Sequence record: DRR723986_19984
Strand: one strand, 5' to 3'
DNA: 38,499 bases
In this document: one piece after another, positions 19,497 to 29,600 of the stretch
Layout: each line of letters opens with the position of its first letter
Numbering within the stretch: position 1 is the stretch's first letter
Notes under the pieces: generated by a model
Databases searched by the model: none
Told to the model about the DNA's origin: nothing
The model's input: only the letters and a program-made list of their open reading frames with translations
Position numbers and translations under genes: made by a program

Positions 19497-19528
19497 TAAT
19501 CACTTATTTATCTGAAAATAAGTGATTA
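19497..19528. promoter_or_regulatory. Perfect 13 bp inverted repeat with 6 bp spacer, candidate protein-binding site
   Basis: TAATCACTTATTT-ATCTGA-AAATAAGTGATTA in the divergent intergenic region. Confidence 0.45.
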
Positions 19529-19842
19529 CGAAGAGAATTCAATTCAAAATAGTATAATAAATTGGATTTTTTGAATCTTAAACTTAGAAAAACGAAGGTT
19601 AAAATAAATGGTCTGCTCTTTAGAGAAGCGAGCTATTATTTAATTAGACAGGGTGGGTTTGTCAGATTTGATAGGTTCTCCTAGTAGCCAGATTTGGAAA
19701 AAGCGAGCTTTCTTATCTAAACCTCCTTATAACCTCTCTTCCTGCACCCCTGAAATTGAGGCAGAGCCGAAAATTTTACCAAAGGCATTGGGATTTCTTT
19801 TAGATGAATTAGATTGAATACTTTCTACTAATTCTAGAAGCT

Positions 19843-22800
19843 ATGTCAAAATTCTTTCTTCCTCTTTTTCTCCTCATTTGCAACTTTTCTTTCTCACAAT
19901 CTACTAGGGGTTATTTTATGCATCCCGACCTAAACGGAGATCAATTGGTCTTCGTCGCTGAAGGTGATATTTGGAGAGTAACGGTGGCTGGTGGAAATGC
20001 CACTCGACTTACATCGCATCCAGGAGATGAATCTGATCCAAAGATTTCCCCTGATGGCAAATGGGTTGCATATGCTGCCAGTTACGAAGGTCCTACAGAG
20101 GTCTATGTGATGCCGATTTCAGGAGGACTTCCTAAGCGTCTGACTTACGAACCGTCTTCTTCGATTCCTACGGCTTGGAAATCTGCTTCTGAAATAGCCT
20201 ACGTCACAAATCAATATTCTACCCTACCAAAACTCAATACGGTTACGGTCAATGTAGAAAGCGGCGCGAAACAACTGCTCCCTTTGGAAATGGCGGCTGA
20301 AGGAAGCTTCTCCGCCGATGGCTCCACTTACTTTTTTGTTAGGCCGACTTTCCACAATAATGTCACTAAACGCTACGAAGGTGGCACAGCTCGCCAGCTT
20401 TGGAAGTATAAAGAAGGAGCTGCAGAAGCTGTAAAATTGACCAAAGACTATAATGGAGAGGATCATCATCCGGTGCCACATCAAGGAAAGGTATATTTTC
20501 TTTCCTCCCGAGACGGCATTGTGAATGTCTGGAGCATGGATGAGGATGGAGGTGCACTTGCCCAACTTACCAAAGAACCAAGCTTCGATGTTCGGGAGTT
20601 TTCAATTTCCGGAAATCAACTCGTCTATAGGGTCGGTGCAGATCTTAAATTAATGGATTTAGGAGGAGCCACTGCAAAGACCTTAGCCATTCAGCTTATT
20701 TCAGATTTTGATCAGCTACGGGAAAAATGGGTAGATGATCCCATGTCATACTTAAGTAATATGGCCGTTTCCAATGATGGGGAACGTGTCGTAATGACCA
20801 CCCGCGGCCGTGTATTTTCTGTTCCGGTGAAAGATGGCAGAACTGTTCGTCTCAGTCGAAAAGAAGGTGTGCGCTATCGGGATGCAATATTCTCTCCAGA
20901 TGGAAAGTCGATTTTCACCTTCTCTGACGAAAGCTCAGAATTTGAAATTCACGAATACAATAGCTTGGGAATGGATGAGGGAAAGCAAGTTTCTAAAAAT
21001 GGAACTACCCTTAAATTCGATATGCTTCCTTCGCCAGACGGATCAAAAATCGCCTACAGAGATTTAAATAGTGTAATCTGGGTTATGGATAAAGCCAGCG
21101 GAGCTCAGATCAAGGTGACTACTTCAGATGAAGATATTACATCCAATATGGCTTGGTCTCCTGACGGAAAATGGCTAGCCTATGTCCAAGCTGCAAGCAA
21201 TACTTTTTCCCAAATCCATGCTTTCAACATTGACAGTAAAAAGAGAATTGCAATGACCTCTGATCGGGCAAATAGCCTTAGCCCGCAGTGGAGTGCAGAT
21301 GGCAATTGGTTGTATTTCCTTTCTGATCGTAATTTTCAGTCTGCAATTGGAAGTCCTTGGGGTACACGTCAGCCAGAGCCTTTCTGGGAAAAGCAGATGA
21401 AAATCTATCAAATTGGGCTTAAGTCTGGTCTGGTTTCTCCTTTCTTTTTCAACAATGAACTGCAAAAAGAAGCAGAGAAAGCGCCTGAAAAAGTATCGGT
21501 AACTATCGAAGAAGAAGGCATCCAAACTAGACTTCGGGAAGTACCAGTGCCAGCGGGAAATTATACCAACCTTATTGTGACTGATAAAGCTATTTATTAC
21601 CATGAAATAGGTCCAGGCATGGGTGTGTTTTATGGAGGAGGCGGCGGAGGTTCTGAAAAGGCTCCATTGATGATGGTCCAGATTTCAAACAAGCCAGAGC
21701 CAAAAGCCTTTATCGATAATGTCAGAAACTTTACGGTTTCGCTTAATAAGAAATACATCTTAGTTCGGAGTGGAAGCATGATTTCTGTGGTTGAGCTAGG
21801 TACATCTCCGGTATCTGACCTTTCCAAGAGCAAAGTGGACATCAGTGGTGTAAAATACTCCATCGATCCTAGCGAAGATTGGAAGCAGATCTATACCGAT
21901 GCCTGGAGGATGGAGCGGGATTATTTTTATGATACTGGAATGCATGGAGTCGATTGGGATGCAATGCATGAAAAATACCTTCCTTTGGTTGACCGTGTTA
22001 CTACTCGCGCTGAGTTATCTGACGTGATAGGTGAAATGGTAGGCGAACTGTCTGTACTACACACTTCGGTACGAGGTGGTGACTTGAGAGATGGTGAGGA
22101 TAATGTCAATTTCGGGATGCTAGGGGCTAAACTTAGTCGAAATGAAAAGTTAAGAGGCTATTCCATCGATCATATCTACCTGTCTGACCCAGACTATCCT
22201 GATGAAATGTCGCCACTTTCTCATCCAGATCTGAGTATTTCGGAGGGTGATATTATTACACACATTGATGGAGTAGGGGTGATGGAAGTGCCAGATCTCT
22301 ATTATTTATTGAGAGACAAAGCGGGCAAGCAGGTTCGTATCTCTTTACTTTCTGCTGATGGCAAAGCTAAAACCGATCAGATCCTTAAGCCCATGTCCCC
22401 GCAAGCTGAATCCAATCTCCGCTACAACGAATGGGAGTATACACGAAGACTAGAGACAGAGGCTAAATCTGCCGGGTCCTTGGGCTATGTACACCTTCGT
22501 GCGATGACCTCAGGAGATATTGGGCAGTGGTACCGTGATTTTTACCCTCAGTTTAAAAAAGAAGGCTTGGTCATCGACATGCGCCAAAATCGTGGAGGAA
22601 ACATAGATTCCTTTATTCTGGAGAAATTGATGCGGGAAGTTTTCTTCTACTGGAAAAGCAGAACCGGCGAACCATATTGGAATATGCCTTATGCGTTCCG
22701 AGGTCATTTGGTCTTGTTGGTGGATGAGTTTACGGCTTCTGATGGAGAAGCTTTTGCGGAAGGCTTCCGAAGATTGGGTATGGGCAAAGCTATCGGTGCG

Positions 22801-23094
22801 CGGACTTGGGGAGGAGAAGTTTGGCTATCCGGATCAAATACACTTTCCGATAATGGTATTGCAAGAGCACCGATGAATGGTGTGTATGGCGAAGAAGGCG
22901 AATGGCTCATCGAAGGAGTAGGTTTTATTCCCGATATCGAAGTGATCAATATGCCTAAGGCGACTTTTGAAGGAAAAGATGCGCAGTTAGATGCTGCAAT
23001 AGAACATTTGAAAGAACTGATCAAAGCTGATCCTCGACCTATTCCTCAGGCTCCTGCCTATCCTGATAAGAGTTTTAAGAATGGAAAGAATTAA
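19843..23094 (+). CDS. Tricorn protease (S41 family)
   Basis: Signal peptide, PD40/TolB-like propeller repeats (SPDGKW), WRMERDYFYD..MHGVDW, PDZ-like region, GYVHL, DMRQNRGG, catalytic TASDGE and RTWGG. Confidence 0.95.
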   Translation: MSKFFLPLFLLICNFSFSQSTRGYFMHPDLNGDQLVFVAEGDIWRVTVAGGNATRLTSHPGDESDPKISPDGKWVAYAASYEGPTEVYVMPISGGLPKRLTYEPSSSIPTAWKSASEIAYVTNQYSTLPKLNTVTVNVESGAKQLLPLEMAAEGSFSADGSTYFFVRPTFHNNVTKRYEGGTARQLWKYKEGAAEAVKLTKDYNGEDHHPVPHQGKVYFLSSRDGIVNVWSMDEDGGALAQLTKEPSFDVREFSISGNQLVYRVGADLKLMDLGGATAKTLAIQLISDFDQLREKWVDDPMSYLSNMAVSNDGERVVMTTRGRVFSVPVKDGRTVRLSRKEGVRYRDAIFSPDGKSIFTFSDESSEFEIHEYNSLGMDEGKQVSKNGTTLKFDMLPSPDGSKIAYRDLNSVIWVMDKASGAQIKVTTSDEDITSNMAWSPDGKWLAYVQAASNTFSQIHAFNIDSKKRIAMTSDRANSLSPQWSADGNWLYFLSDRNFQSAIGSPWGTRQPEPFWEKQMKIYQIGLKSGLVSPFFFNNELQKEAEKAPEKVSVTIEEEGIQTRLREVPVPAGNYTNLIVTDKAIYYHEIGPGMGVFYGGGGGGSEKAPLMMVQISNKPEPKAFIDNVRNFTVSLNKKYILVRSGSMISVVELGTSPVSDLSKSKVDISGVKYSIDPSEDWKQIYTDAWRMERDYFYDTGMHGVDWDAMHEKYLPLVDRVTTRAELSDVIGEMVGELSVLHTSVRGGDLRDGEDNVNFGMLGAKLSRNEKLRGYSIDHIYLSDPDYPDEMSPLSHPDLSISEGDIITHIDGVGVMEVPDLYYLLRDKAGKQVRISLLSADGKAKTDQILKPMSPQAESNLRYNEWEYTRRLETEAKSAGSLGYVHLRAMTSGDIGQWYRDFYPQFKKEGLVIDMRQNRGGNIDSFILEKLMREVFFYWKSRTGEPYWNMPYAFRGHLVLLVDEFTASDGEAFAEGFRRLGMGKAIGARTWGGEVWLSGSNTLSDNGIARAPMNGVYGEEGEWLIEGVGFIPDIEVINMPKATFEGKDAQLDAAIEHLKELIKADPRPIPQAPAYPDKSFKNGKN

Positions 23095-23133
23095 GTTCTA
23101 GTGGGCAAAAGCATCAAGCTAAAAAAGCTTTAT

Positions 23134-23176
23134 ACCAAAGAAGGGCGATCTATTTGATTGCCTTCTTTGGTTTTTT
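23134..23176 (+). terminator. Rho-independent terminator between convergent genes
   Basis: ACCAAAGAAGGGCGATC-TATTT-GATTGCCTTCTTTGGT followed by a T tract. Confidence 0.85.
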
Positions 23177-23254
23177 CAATTACCACTTACTGCCGAGTTT
23201 CCGGTTTTTTTCTCTGAAGGGCGTGAAAATGATTGGATGAAATCATCTGTCTGA

Positions 23255-23791
23255 TTAAAGCGAAAAAAGCAAATACCCCTTATTCATCAAATCTGTAGTC
23301 GCAGTAAACCTAGACACAGCCATTTCAACCCCTGGATAGATCATGTCCGGCACTAAATTTTGCTTCATCATCGACTGTCCACAGACAATGACCCGTATTC
23401 CATTTTTCTTAAGCTCTTCCAAGAGCCCGGCATTTGGATTGTCAACTTCAAAGCGCTTTTTGTATTCTTCATTGGAAATTGTAATCGGGGTGGATCCTGC
23501 ATAAACCACAAACACCAAGTCAATATTTTCCTTTGGTACTCCCGAATAGATATGAACATTGTACATTTTTGCCGCATAGTCCAGATAGCCGGAAAGCTCC
23601 TTTTTATCTTCAATTCTATTATTTATTTCAACTACAAATTTATAGTGCTGCGTAGGATCAGGTTTGATGGTTTCGAAAGGAACTTCATTCACTCCGCCAT
23701 ATCCTTGAATCGCTGGATAAACAATTTCTTGGGCATTTGAAAAGCTCGCGCCAACGCAAATCATTATGAATGTTAAAAAGTACTTCTTCAT
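23255..23791 (-). CDS. Secreted DsrE/DsrF-like family protein
   Basis: Start moved to ATG 23791 (MKKYFL..., signal peptide). NPNAGLLEEL..GIRVIVCGQSM and the C-terminal GY are typical of DsrE-like proteins. Confidence 0.78.
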   Translation of the reverse strand: MKKYFLTFIMICVGASFSNAQEIVYPAIQGYGGVNEVPFETIKPDPTQHYKFVVEINNRIEDKKELSGYLDYAAKMYNVHIYSGVPKENIDLVFVVYAGSTPITISNEEYKKRFEVDNPNAGLLEELKKNGIRVIVCGQSMMKQNLVPDMIYPGVEMAVSRFTATTDLMNKGYLLFSL

Positions 23792-24115
23792 AACTTTAGT
23801 ATTTAAGTTGAAATAATTATTGTCTTTGCACAGGTCAGAACAAGTTGGAATACCTTCCAAAACGTCGAGGATTAACTTGGACTAATCGGAAACTTGGAGA
23901 AGCCGAGTACATTTACTTCAGCTTGAATGAAAACAGTTTGGCTGTTTTTCTTTCTAAGTTATTCAAATCTTTGTTTATCTATTGCGCTGTGCTTCAGATT
24001 ATTATTCTGTTTTTGAGCCAAGTATTCCAACTTAGTGGTGATGAAGTTGATTTAATCCCCTTCTCTGGTATTTAGCATAAGCTTTTTTACTTTTAAGATA
24101 ACTCAAGAGACCATC

Positions 24116-25435
24116 ATGAAAATCAGCTCATTTCTACGGATCAGTTTAGTCACTTTTTGTTTTTGCTTTCAGGCAAATGCGCAACGTTCTCCAAATATCA
24201 TCCTGATCATGGCTGATGACTTGGGTTTTGAAACATTGGGAGTTAATGGGTCTGATGATTATAACACGCCCAATCTCGACAAACTTGCGCAGGAAGGAAT
24301 GAACTTCACGCAGACCTATTCCATGCCGCTATGTACTCCATCCCGAGTGCAAATCATGACAGGCAAATACAATTTCAGAAATTACATAGGCTTTGGATTG
24401 CTGGATCCTTACGAACTTACATTCGCTGATTATTTGAAAGAAGCTGGATATAAAACCTTCATTGCTGGCAAATGGCAGCTTTATGGAAATGAAAATCAGC
24501 AAGAGTTGGCAGGCGGAAAAATAGGGTCGCTTCCTGAAGAAGCCGGATTTGACGAGTATTTTTTGTGGCAAATCAAAGAGCTTGGCAGCAGATACAAAGA
24601 TCCTCTGATTAGCTCAAATTCAGGCACCCAAACCTATACCGGTAAATATGGACCGGATCTTTTTACCGAGCAGGTTAACCTTTTCATGGAGAAAAATAAG
24701 GAAGAGCCATTCTTCATCTATTATCCGATGGCCATCACTCATGACCCATTTGTACCAACTCCATCAAATCCAGGTTTTGAAGACTTTGATTCCAAATCCA
24801 AAATCAATGACCCGATTTACTTCGGAGAAATGGTGAACTACATGGACAAGTTGGTTGGTTCAATCGTAGCGAAAACCGAAGAGCTCGGCATCCGAGAAAA
24901 TACTTTGATACTCTTCGTGGGAGATAATGGTACAGATAGAAAAGTAACTAGCTCTCAACTTGGTACTTCCATCAAAGGAGACAAAGGTTATACTACTACT
25001 GCTGGCACCCATGTTCCTTTCATTGCAAACTGGAAAGGGAAAATCAAGCCGGAAAGTATAAATGACAACCTGATTGACTTCTCTGACTTTTTGCCTACAC
25101 TTTTGGAAACCGTTAATTATCAGAACTCAGGTGCTATTCAAACTGATGGATTGAGCTTTTATTCGCAGCTCATGGGAGATAACACTAAGAAACGGGATTG
25201 GATTTATTGTTACTATGCTCCCAATTGGGGGAAATTTGAAAATGCTACCTACGTGCAAAATACCGAATGGAAGCTCTATGGAGACGGTAGAATATACTCC
25301 ATGACAAGTGATCCATTAGAACAAACGCCACTTCAGAAATCGAGCTTGCCGAAGGAAGTGAGAAAGAAGATCTCAACATTCGAAAAGGTAATGGAAGGAT
25401 ATGAAGTGACGAAATTAACCAATTCGAACCCTTAA
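24116..25435 (+). CDS. Formylglycine-dependent (S1) sulfatase, secreted
   Basis: PNIILIMADDLG, CTPSR, GKWQL, HDP, GDNG and GTHVPF motifs. Confidence 0.94.
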   Translation: MKISSFLRISLVTFCFCFQANAQRSPNIILIMADDLGFETLGVNGSDDYNTPNLDKLAQEGMNFTQTYSMPLCTPSRVQIMTGKYNFRNYIGFGLLDPYELTFADYLKEAGYKTFIAGKWQLYGNENQQELAGGKIGSLPEEAGFDEYFLWQIKELGSRYKDPLISSNSGTQTYTGKYGPDLFTEQVNLFMEKNKEEPFFIYYPMAITHDPFVPTPSNPGFEDFDSKSKINDPIYFGEMVNYMDKLVGSIVAKTEELGIRENTLILFVGDNGTDRKVTSSQLGTSIKGDKGYTTTAGTHVPFIANWKGKIKPESINDNLIDFSDFLPTLLETVNYQNSGAIQTDGLSFYSQLMGDNTKKRDWIYCYYAPNWGKFENATYVQNTEWKLYGDGRIYSMTSDPLEQTPLQKSSLPKEVRKKISTFEKVMEGYEVTKLTNSNP

Positions 25436-25457
25436 CTTGAGGTTTATTTTAATATCT

Positions 25458-26378
25458 ATGAATCTGAAAACCACCATGCGGATAACTCTTACCTTCTTTC
25501 TAGCCTTTTGTTTTCTTATTTCCTGTAAAGAGAAAGTATCCAAAAAGGAAGGTCTGAAAACTACCATTCAGGCTCAGCTTGACTCCATTCAAGGCGATGT
25601 CGCAGTAGCGTTTTACAATTTGTCAGATCCATCAGATAGTTTGTTGATCAATGCCAGTGAAGAATTTCACGCTGCCAGCACGATGAAAGTACCCGTGATG
25701 ATTGAGCTCTTTAAACAGCAGCATGCAGGTAAAATCGATTTGAGTGATTCGATTTTGCTTAAGAATGAATTCAGAAGTATAGTTGATAGCAGCTTATACA
25801 GTATGGATATCGGAGTAGATAGTGATGATGTGATTTATAGTAAGATCGGAACGACCGTAGCTCTCACAGATTTGATGTATCCCATGATCACCGTAAGCAG
25901 TAATTTGGCCACTAATGTCCTGATAGAATTGGTTGGTGCAAAAAATGTAACTGCCACGATGCGTGACTTGGGAGCGGATAAAATCGAGGTGCTAAGAGGA
26001 GTGGAGGATACCAAAGCTTACGAGTTAGGATTGAGTAATTCCACTACTGCGAATGATTTGATGCAGATCATGAAAGCAATCGCTCAACATACTGCTGGGA
26101 CTAAGGAGGATTGTGAAAAGATGATCGCGATAATGAAAGATCAGCAATTCAACGAAATCATTCCGTTTTACTTACCGAAAACAGTGAGCGTTGCTCATAA
26201 AACAGGATCAATAACTGGCGTTCATCATGATGCCGGAATTGTCTATTTACCAGATGGAAGATCGTATGTGCTTGTGCTTCTTTCGAAAAATTTACAGGAT
26301 TTTAATGCCGGAACTGAGCAGTTGGCGGGGATTTCTAAAACTGTATTTGAATATGTGGTTAAAAATGGAAATAATTAG
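25458..26378 (+). CDS. Class A beta-lactamase-like serine hydrolase (Beta-lactamase2), lipoprotein
   Basis: SxxK (STMK), SxN (SSN) and KTG motifs, lipobox LISC. Start is ATG 25458 or 25476. Confidence 0.88.
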   Translation: MNLKTTMRITLTFFLAFCFLISCKEKVSKKEGLKTTIQAQLDSIQGDVAVAFYNLSDPSDSLLINASEEFHAASTMKVPVMIELFKQQHAGKIDLSDSILLKNEFRSIVDSSLYSMDIGVDSDDVIYSKIGTTVALTDLMYPMITVSSNLATNVLIELVGAKNVTATMRDLGADKIEVLRGVEDTKAYELGLSNSTTANDLMQIMKAIAQHTAGTKEDCEKMIAIMKDQQFNEIIPFYLPKTVSVAHKTGSITGVHHDAGIVYLPDGRSYVLVLLSKNLQDFNAGTEQLAGISKTVFEYVVKNGNN

Positions 26379-26419
26379 CTTTGTCTGCATAAGTCAGGAT
26401 TAGGCCTACGATATTTCAG

Positions 26420-26462
26420 CTGTGCGCTTTGTGCTTTCTTTGTGTCCTTAGCGGTTTAAAAA
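26420..26462 (+). repeat. Degenerate CTTTGTG-unit intergenic repeat
   Basis: CTGTGCG-CTTTGTG-CTTT-CTTTGTG-TC-CTTAGCGGTTTAAA, same architecture as 4340-4385. Confidence 0.55.
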
Positions 26463-26467
26463 AAACT

Positions 26468-26500
26468 AAAAAAGCCATCCCGATTTCTGAGGATGGCTTT
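26468..26500. terminator. Probably bidirectional Rho-independent terminator
   Basis: AAAGCCATCC-N10-GGATGGCTTT between convergent genes. Confidence 0.82.
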
Positions 26501-26506
26501 CTGCTT

Positions 26507-27655
26507 TTATTTCGTTCCAAACTTATAGATACAAGTTTGTTCATATTTTTCTCCCGGTTTCAAGATCGTTGACGGGAAATTCGGTTGGTTTGGAGAATCA
26601 GGATAATGCTGGGTTTCCAAGCAGAATGCAGATCTCAGTTCATAGACTTTTCCTCCTTTTCCTGTGACTGAGCCATCTAGGAAATTACCGCTGTAGAATT
26701 GGATCGCTGGCTCGGTAGTCCAAACTTCCATTTCTATACCTGTTTGAGGCGAAGAAATCACTGCCGCTTGAGACAAGTCATTTCCAGTTTTGTCCAGCAC
26801 CCAGTTGTGGTCATATCCACCGCCAAATTTCAGTTGCTGATTTTCTTGGTTTATTCTTTCGCCAATTGTGGTTGGATCAGTAAAATCAAAAGGTGTTTCT
26901 TTCACGGATGCCACTTCACCAGTTGGAATTAGCACCTCATTCACCGGTGTGTATTCACTCGCATTCAGTTGAAGTGTATGATCCAGCACATTTCCATTTC
27001 CTGCTCCATTAAGGTTGAAAAAGGAGTGGTGAGTCAAATTCACAGGAGTAGCTTTATCAGTTTCCGCTTCATAAGTGACTTTGAATTCATTGTCATCTGT
27101 CAGCGTGTAGATCATTTTTACTTTCAGCTCTCCAGGGAAGCCTTCTTCTCCATCTGGTGAAGTGTAGCTGAAGATTAAGCCATTTTCTCCGGATTTCTCC
27201 ACATCCCAAATGACATAATCCATTCCGCCTGGACCGCCGTGAAGGGTTTGTCCATTATTATTCTGAGGCAAAGTGTACTCTTCTCCGTCCAGCGTGAATT
27301 TTCCATTTGCAATTCTATTGCCGTAGCGACCAATCGCAGCACCGAAGTATTTCTCACCACTCTCCAGATATTCATCCAACGTCTCAAATCCTAGAACTAC
27401 GTCTACCATATTTCCATCCTTATCACGAACCCAAAGATTGGTAACCCGTGCACCAAAGTTGGTGACTTTCATTTTCATGCCATTGGCATTCTTGATCTCG
27501 TATGTTTCCACTTTTTTATTTTGAAAAGTTGTGCCGAAAACCTGTTCTTCTACGGTGTCCTCGACTTTAATTTCTTCTTTTGGTTTGCTATCGCAGCTGT
27601 AAAGTAAAATACCCAGTGCGGTAGCGCCAAGAACTTTATTGAAATGAATTTTCAT
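26507..27655 (-). CDS. galM: Aldose 1-epimerase (galactose mutarotase), lipoprotein
   Basis: GRYGNRI, LHGG, EEGFPG, NLTHHSFFNL, GYDHN and CLETQHYPD motifs, lipobox LYSC. Start is ATG 27655 (alternative GTG 27664). Confidence 0.94.
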   Translation of the reverse strand: MKIHFNKVLGATALGILLYSCDSKPKEEIKVEDTVEEQVFGTTFQNKKVETYEIKNANGMKMKVTNFGARVTNLWVRDKDGNMVDVVLGFETLDEYLESGEKYFGAAIGRYGNRIANGKFTLDGEEYTLPQNNNGQTLHGGPGGMDYVIWDVEKSGENGLIFSYTSPDGEEGFPGELKVKMIYTLTDDNEFKVTYEAETDKATPVNLTHHSFFNLNGAGNGNVLDHTLQLNASEYTPVNEVLIPTGEVASVKETPFDFTDPTTIGERINQENQQLKFGGGYDHNWVLDKTGNDLSQAAVISSPQTGIEMEVWTTEPAIQFYSGNFLDGSVTGKGGKVYELRSAFCLETQHYPDSPNQPNFPSTILKPGEKYEQTCIYKFGTK

Positions 27656-27660
27656 TTTGC

Positions 27661-29505
27661 TCACTTTTTATATAAAGGTGAATGTATGCTTTTCATCTTT
27701 GAAACATCAAATTTGATGACTTTTCTATCGTATGTCATCAATCCATTAGTCTCCACTTCCACATCGGTAGTCTGGGTATACACTGCTGCCGAAAGACCTG
27801 CTTCTATCAATTCCCCTAATCTAGTCATCAGTCCGGCATATCGATCGTAAAGCTCATCTTGATTTTTAAAACTCTGATAGCCCCAATTGTCTTTCTGCTG
27901 CCAAACGTGCCCATCCACTGGGAGTCCCAATCCACCAAACTCTCCAAGGACCAGAATATTATCTTTTCCATAAATCCCCGGCGCTGGCATTTTTGCATCT
28001 GGATAATTGTGCAAATCGATGATGTCTCCGGCTATCTTTGTTCCTTCCATTTCGAAGTTTCCACCACTTGCACTATTCACCAACCGTGAAGGATCATGGT
28101 TTTTTGTCCACTCAGAGATTTCTTTGGTTTTGAACTGACCCCAAGCTTCATTGAAAGGTACCCAAACCACAATCGAAGGGAAATTATAGAAATCATCCAT
28201 GATCTCTTTCCACTCTTCTCTGTAAATCGCCTCGGACTCTGGCGTTCTATCACGGTCTGTTCCGCTTCCCAACACGGCAAGCTTCATCTCCCAACCATTT
28301 CCCATGTCTCCGCTAGGCATGTCTTGCCACACCAGCATTCCCATTTTGTCACAGGCATGATACCAAGTTGCAGGCTCCACTTTCACGTGCTTTCTGATCA
28401 TGTTGAAGCCCATATCCTGAGTCTTTTGAATGTCAAAAACCATTGCTTCATGACTTGGCGCTGTGTACAATCCGTCAGGAAACCAGCCTTGATCAAGCGG
28501 TCCATATTGGAATAAAAACTCACCATTCAGCATCATTCGCTGAATTCCGTTTTCATCGGGAGCCATGCTGATTTCTCTCAAAGCCGCATAGCTTCCAACT
28601 GCATCAATTACTTTTTTCCCATCTACTAGTTCTACTTTCAAATCATAGAGAACTGGATTTCCAGGTGCCCAAAGCTGCGCATCTTTGATTGCCAACTTAG
28701 CTGTTTGGGTAGGAGAAATGGTTTGCTCGGCGAGCATTGTTCCATCTTTCCAGGCAGATACTTTTACTTGCTGGCCAGCGGCTGCTCCTGAAATTTCCGG
28801 AGTTACCATTATCTGACTGCTTTTAATATCTGATGCATTTCTCAAGCCAGATATATAGGCTGCAGGTACAGTTTCTAACCATACAGTTTGCCAGATGCCA
28901 GTCACAGGAGTGTACCAGATACCATGAGGATTATTGATCTGCTTACCGCGGGGCTGAGGTCCGTCATCACTTGGATCCCATACGCGAACCTGCAAATTCT
29001 GTGTTTTTCCAGACTTCAAATGCTTCGTGATATCAAAGTCAAAAGGATCATATCCACCTTTATGTATTCCTACACTTTTACCGTTTACGAAAACTTCCGT
29101 CTCCCAATCCGATGCTCCGAAATGCAATAGCACTTTGTCTTTGCTTGATTTTTTTGGAGTGGTAAAAGTGGTGTTGTACCAAAGTTCATTGTCCTTTCCT
29201 ACAGTTTTCCCAACTCCAGAAAGGGCTGATTCCACAGCGAATGGCACGAGGATTTCCCCGTCGAAACTTGTAGGAGCTGACTGACCTTTTGGTTTGATAG
29301 CATAGTCCCAAAGTCCATTTAGATTCACCCAATTTTCACGGGTCATCTGTGGGCGTGGGTATTCCTGATGGACATTTTCTGGGGTGACCTCAGATGCCCA
29401 CTCAGTCATTATTTTTCCTTCTACAGGCTTGTATTGACTAGTTTGTGCTGTCGCAATTTGCAGGGCAAAAAGCAGGAAAGCGCCAATTATGAGGGTATTT
29501 TTCAT
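27661..29505 (-). CDS. Glycoside hydrolase family 2, secreted
   Basis: YPRPQM, NLNGLW, LHFGASDW, GIWQTVWLE, PLDQGWFPDGLYTAP, RKHVK, acid/base FNE and nucleophile GEFGG. Confidence 0.92.
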   Translation of the reverse strand: MKNTLIIGAFLLFALQIATAQTSQYKPVEGKIMTEWASEVTPENVHQEYPRPQMTRENWVNLNGLWDYAIKPKGQSAPTSFDGEILVPFAVESALSGVGKTVGKDNELWYNTTFTTPKKSSKDKVLLHFGASDWETEVFVNGKSVGIHKGGYDPFDFDITKHLKSGKTQNLQVRVWDPSDDGPQPRGKQINNPHGIWYTPVTGIWQTVWLETVPAAYISGLRNASDIKSSQIMVTPEISGAAAGQQVKVSAWKDGTMLAEQTISPTQTAKLAIKDAQLWAPGNPVLYDLKVELVDGKKVIDAVGSYAALREISMAPDENGIQRMMLNGEFLFQYGPLDQGWFPDGLYTAPSHEAMVFDIQKTQDMGFNMIRKHVKVEPATWYHACDKMGMLVWQDMPSGDMGNGWEMKLAVLGSGTDRDRTPESEAIYREEWKEIMDDFYNFPSIVVWVPFNEAWGQFKTKEISEWTKNHDPSRLVNSASGGNFEMEGTKIAGDIIDLHNYPDAKMPAPGIYGKDNILVLGEFGGLGLPVDGHVWQQKDNWGYQSFKNQDELYDRYAGLMTRLGELIEAGLSAAVYTQTTDVEVETNGLMTYDRKVIKFDVSKMKSIHSPLYKK

Positions 29506-29562
29506 ATATATAGGTTTATCAGTTTCTAATTATGGGGTAAAATCTATTCGTTTAGTTTATGG

Positions 29563-29597
29563 TACTTTGTACTTTGTACATGATACTTTTTACAACT
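29563..29597. repeat. Degenerate heptamer tandem repeat, five units
   Basis: TACTTTG-TACTTTG-TACATGA-TACTTTT-TACAACT immediately after the GH43 stop codon. Confidence 0.6.
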
Positions 29598-29600
29598 ATT

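Noticed and set aside
23845-24075. 76 aa intergenic ORF
   Set aside because: TTG start in an AT-rich divergent promoter region with no supporting features.
25458-26378. Calling this a true class A beta-lactamase resistance gene
   Set aside because: The omega-loop region (LRGVEDTKA) lacks the canonical ExxLN motif and the second motif is SSN, so only family-level assignment is supported.
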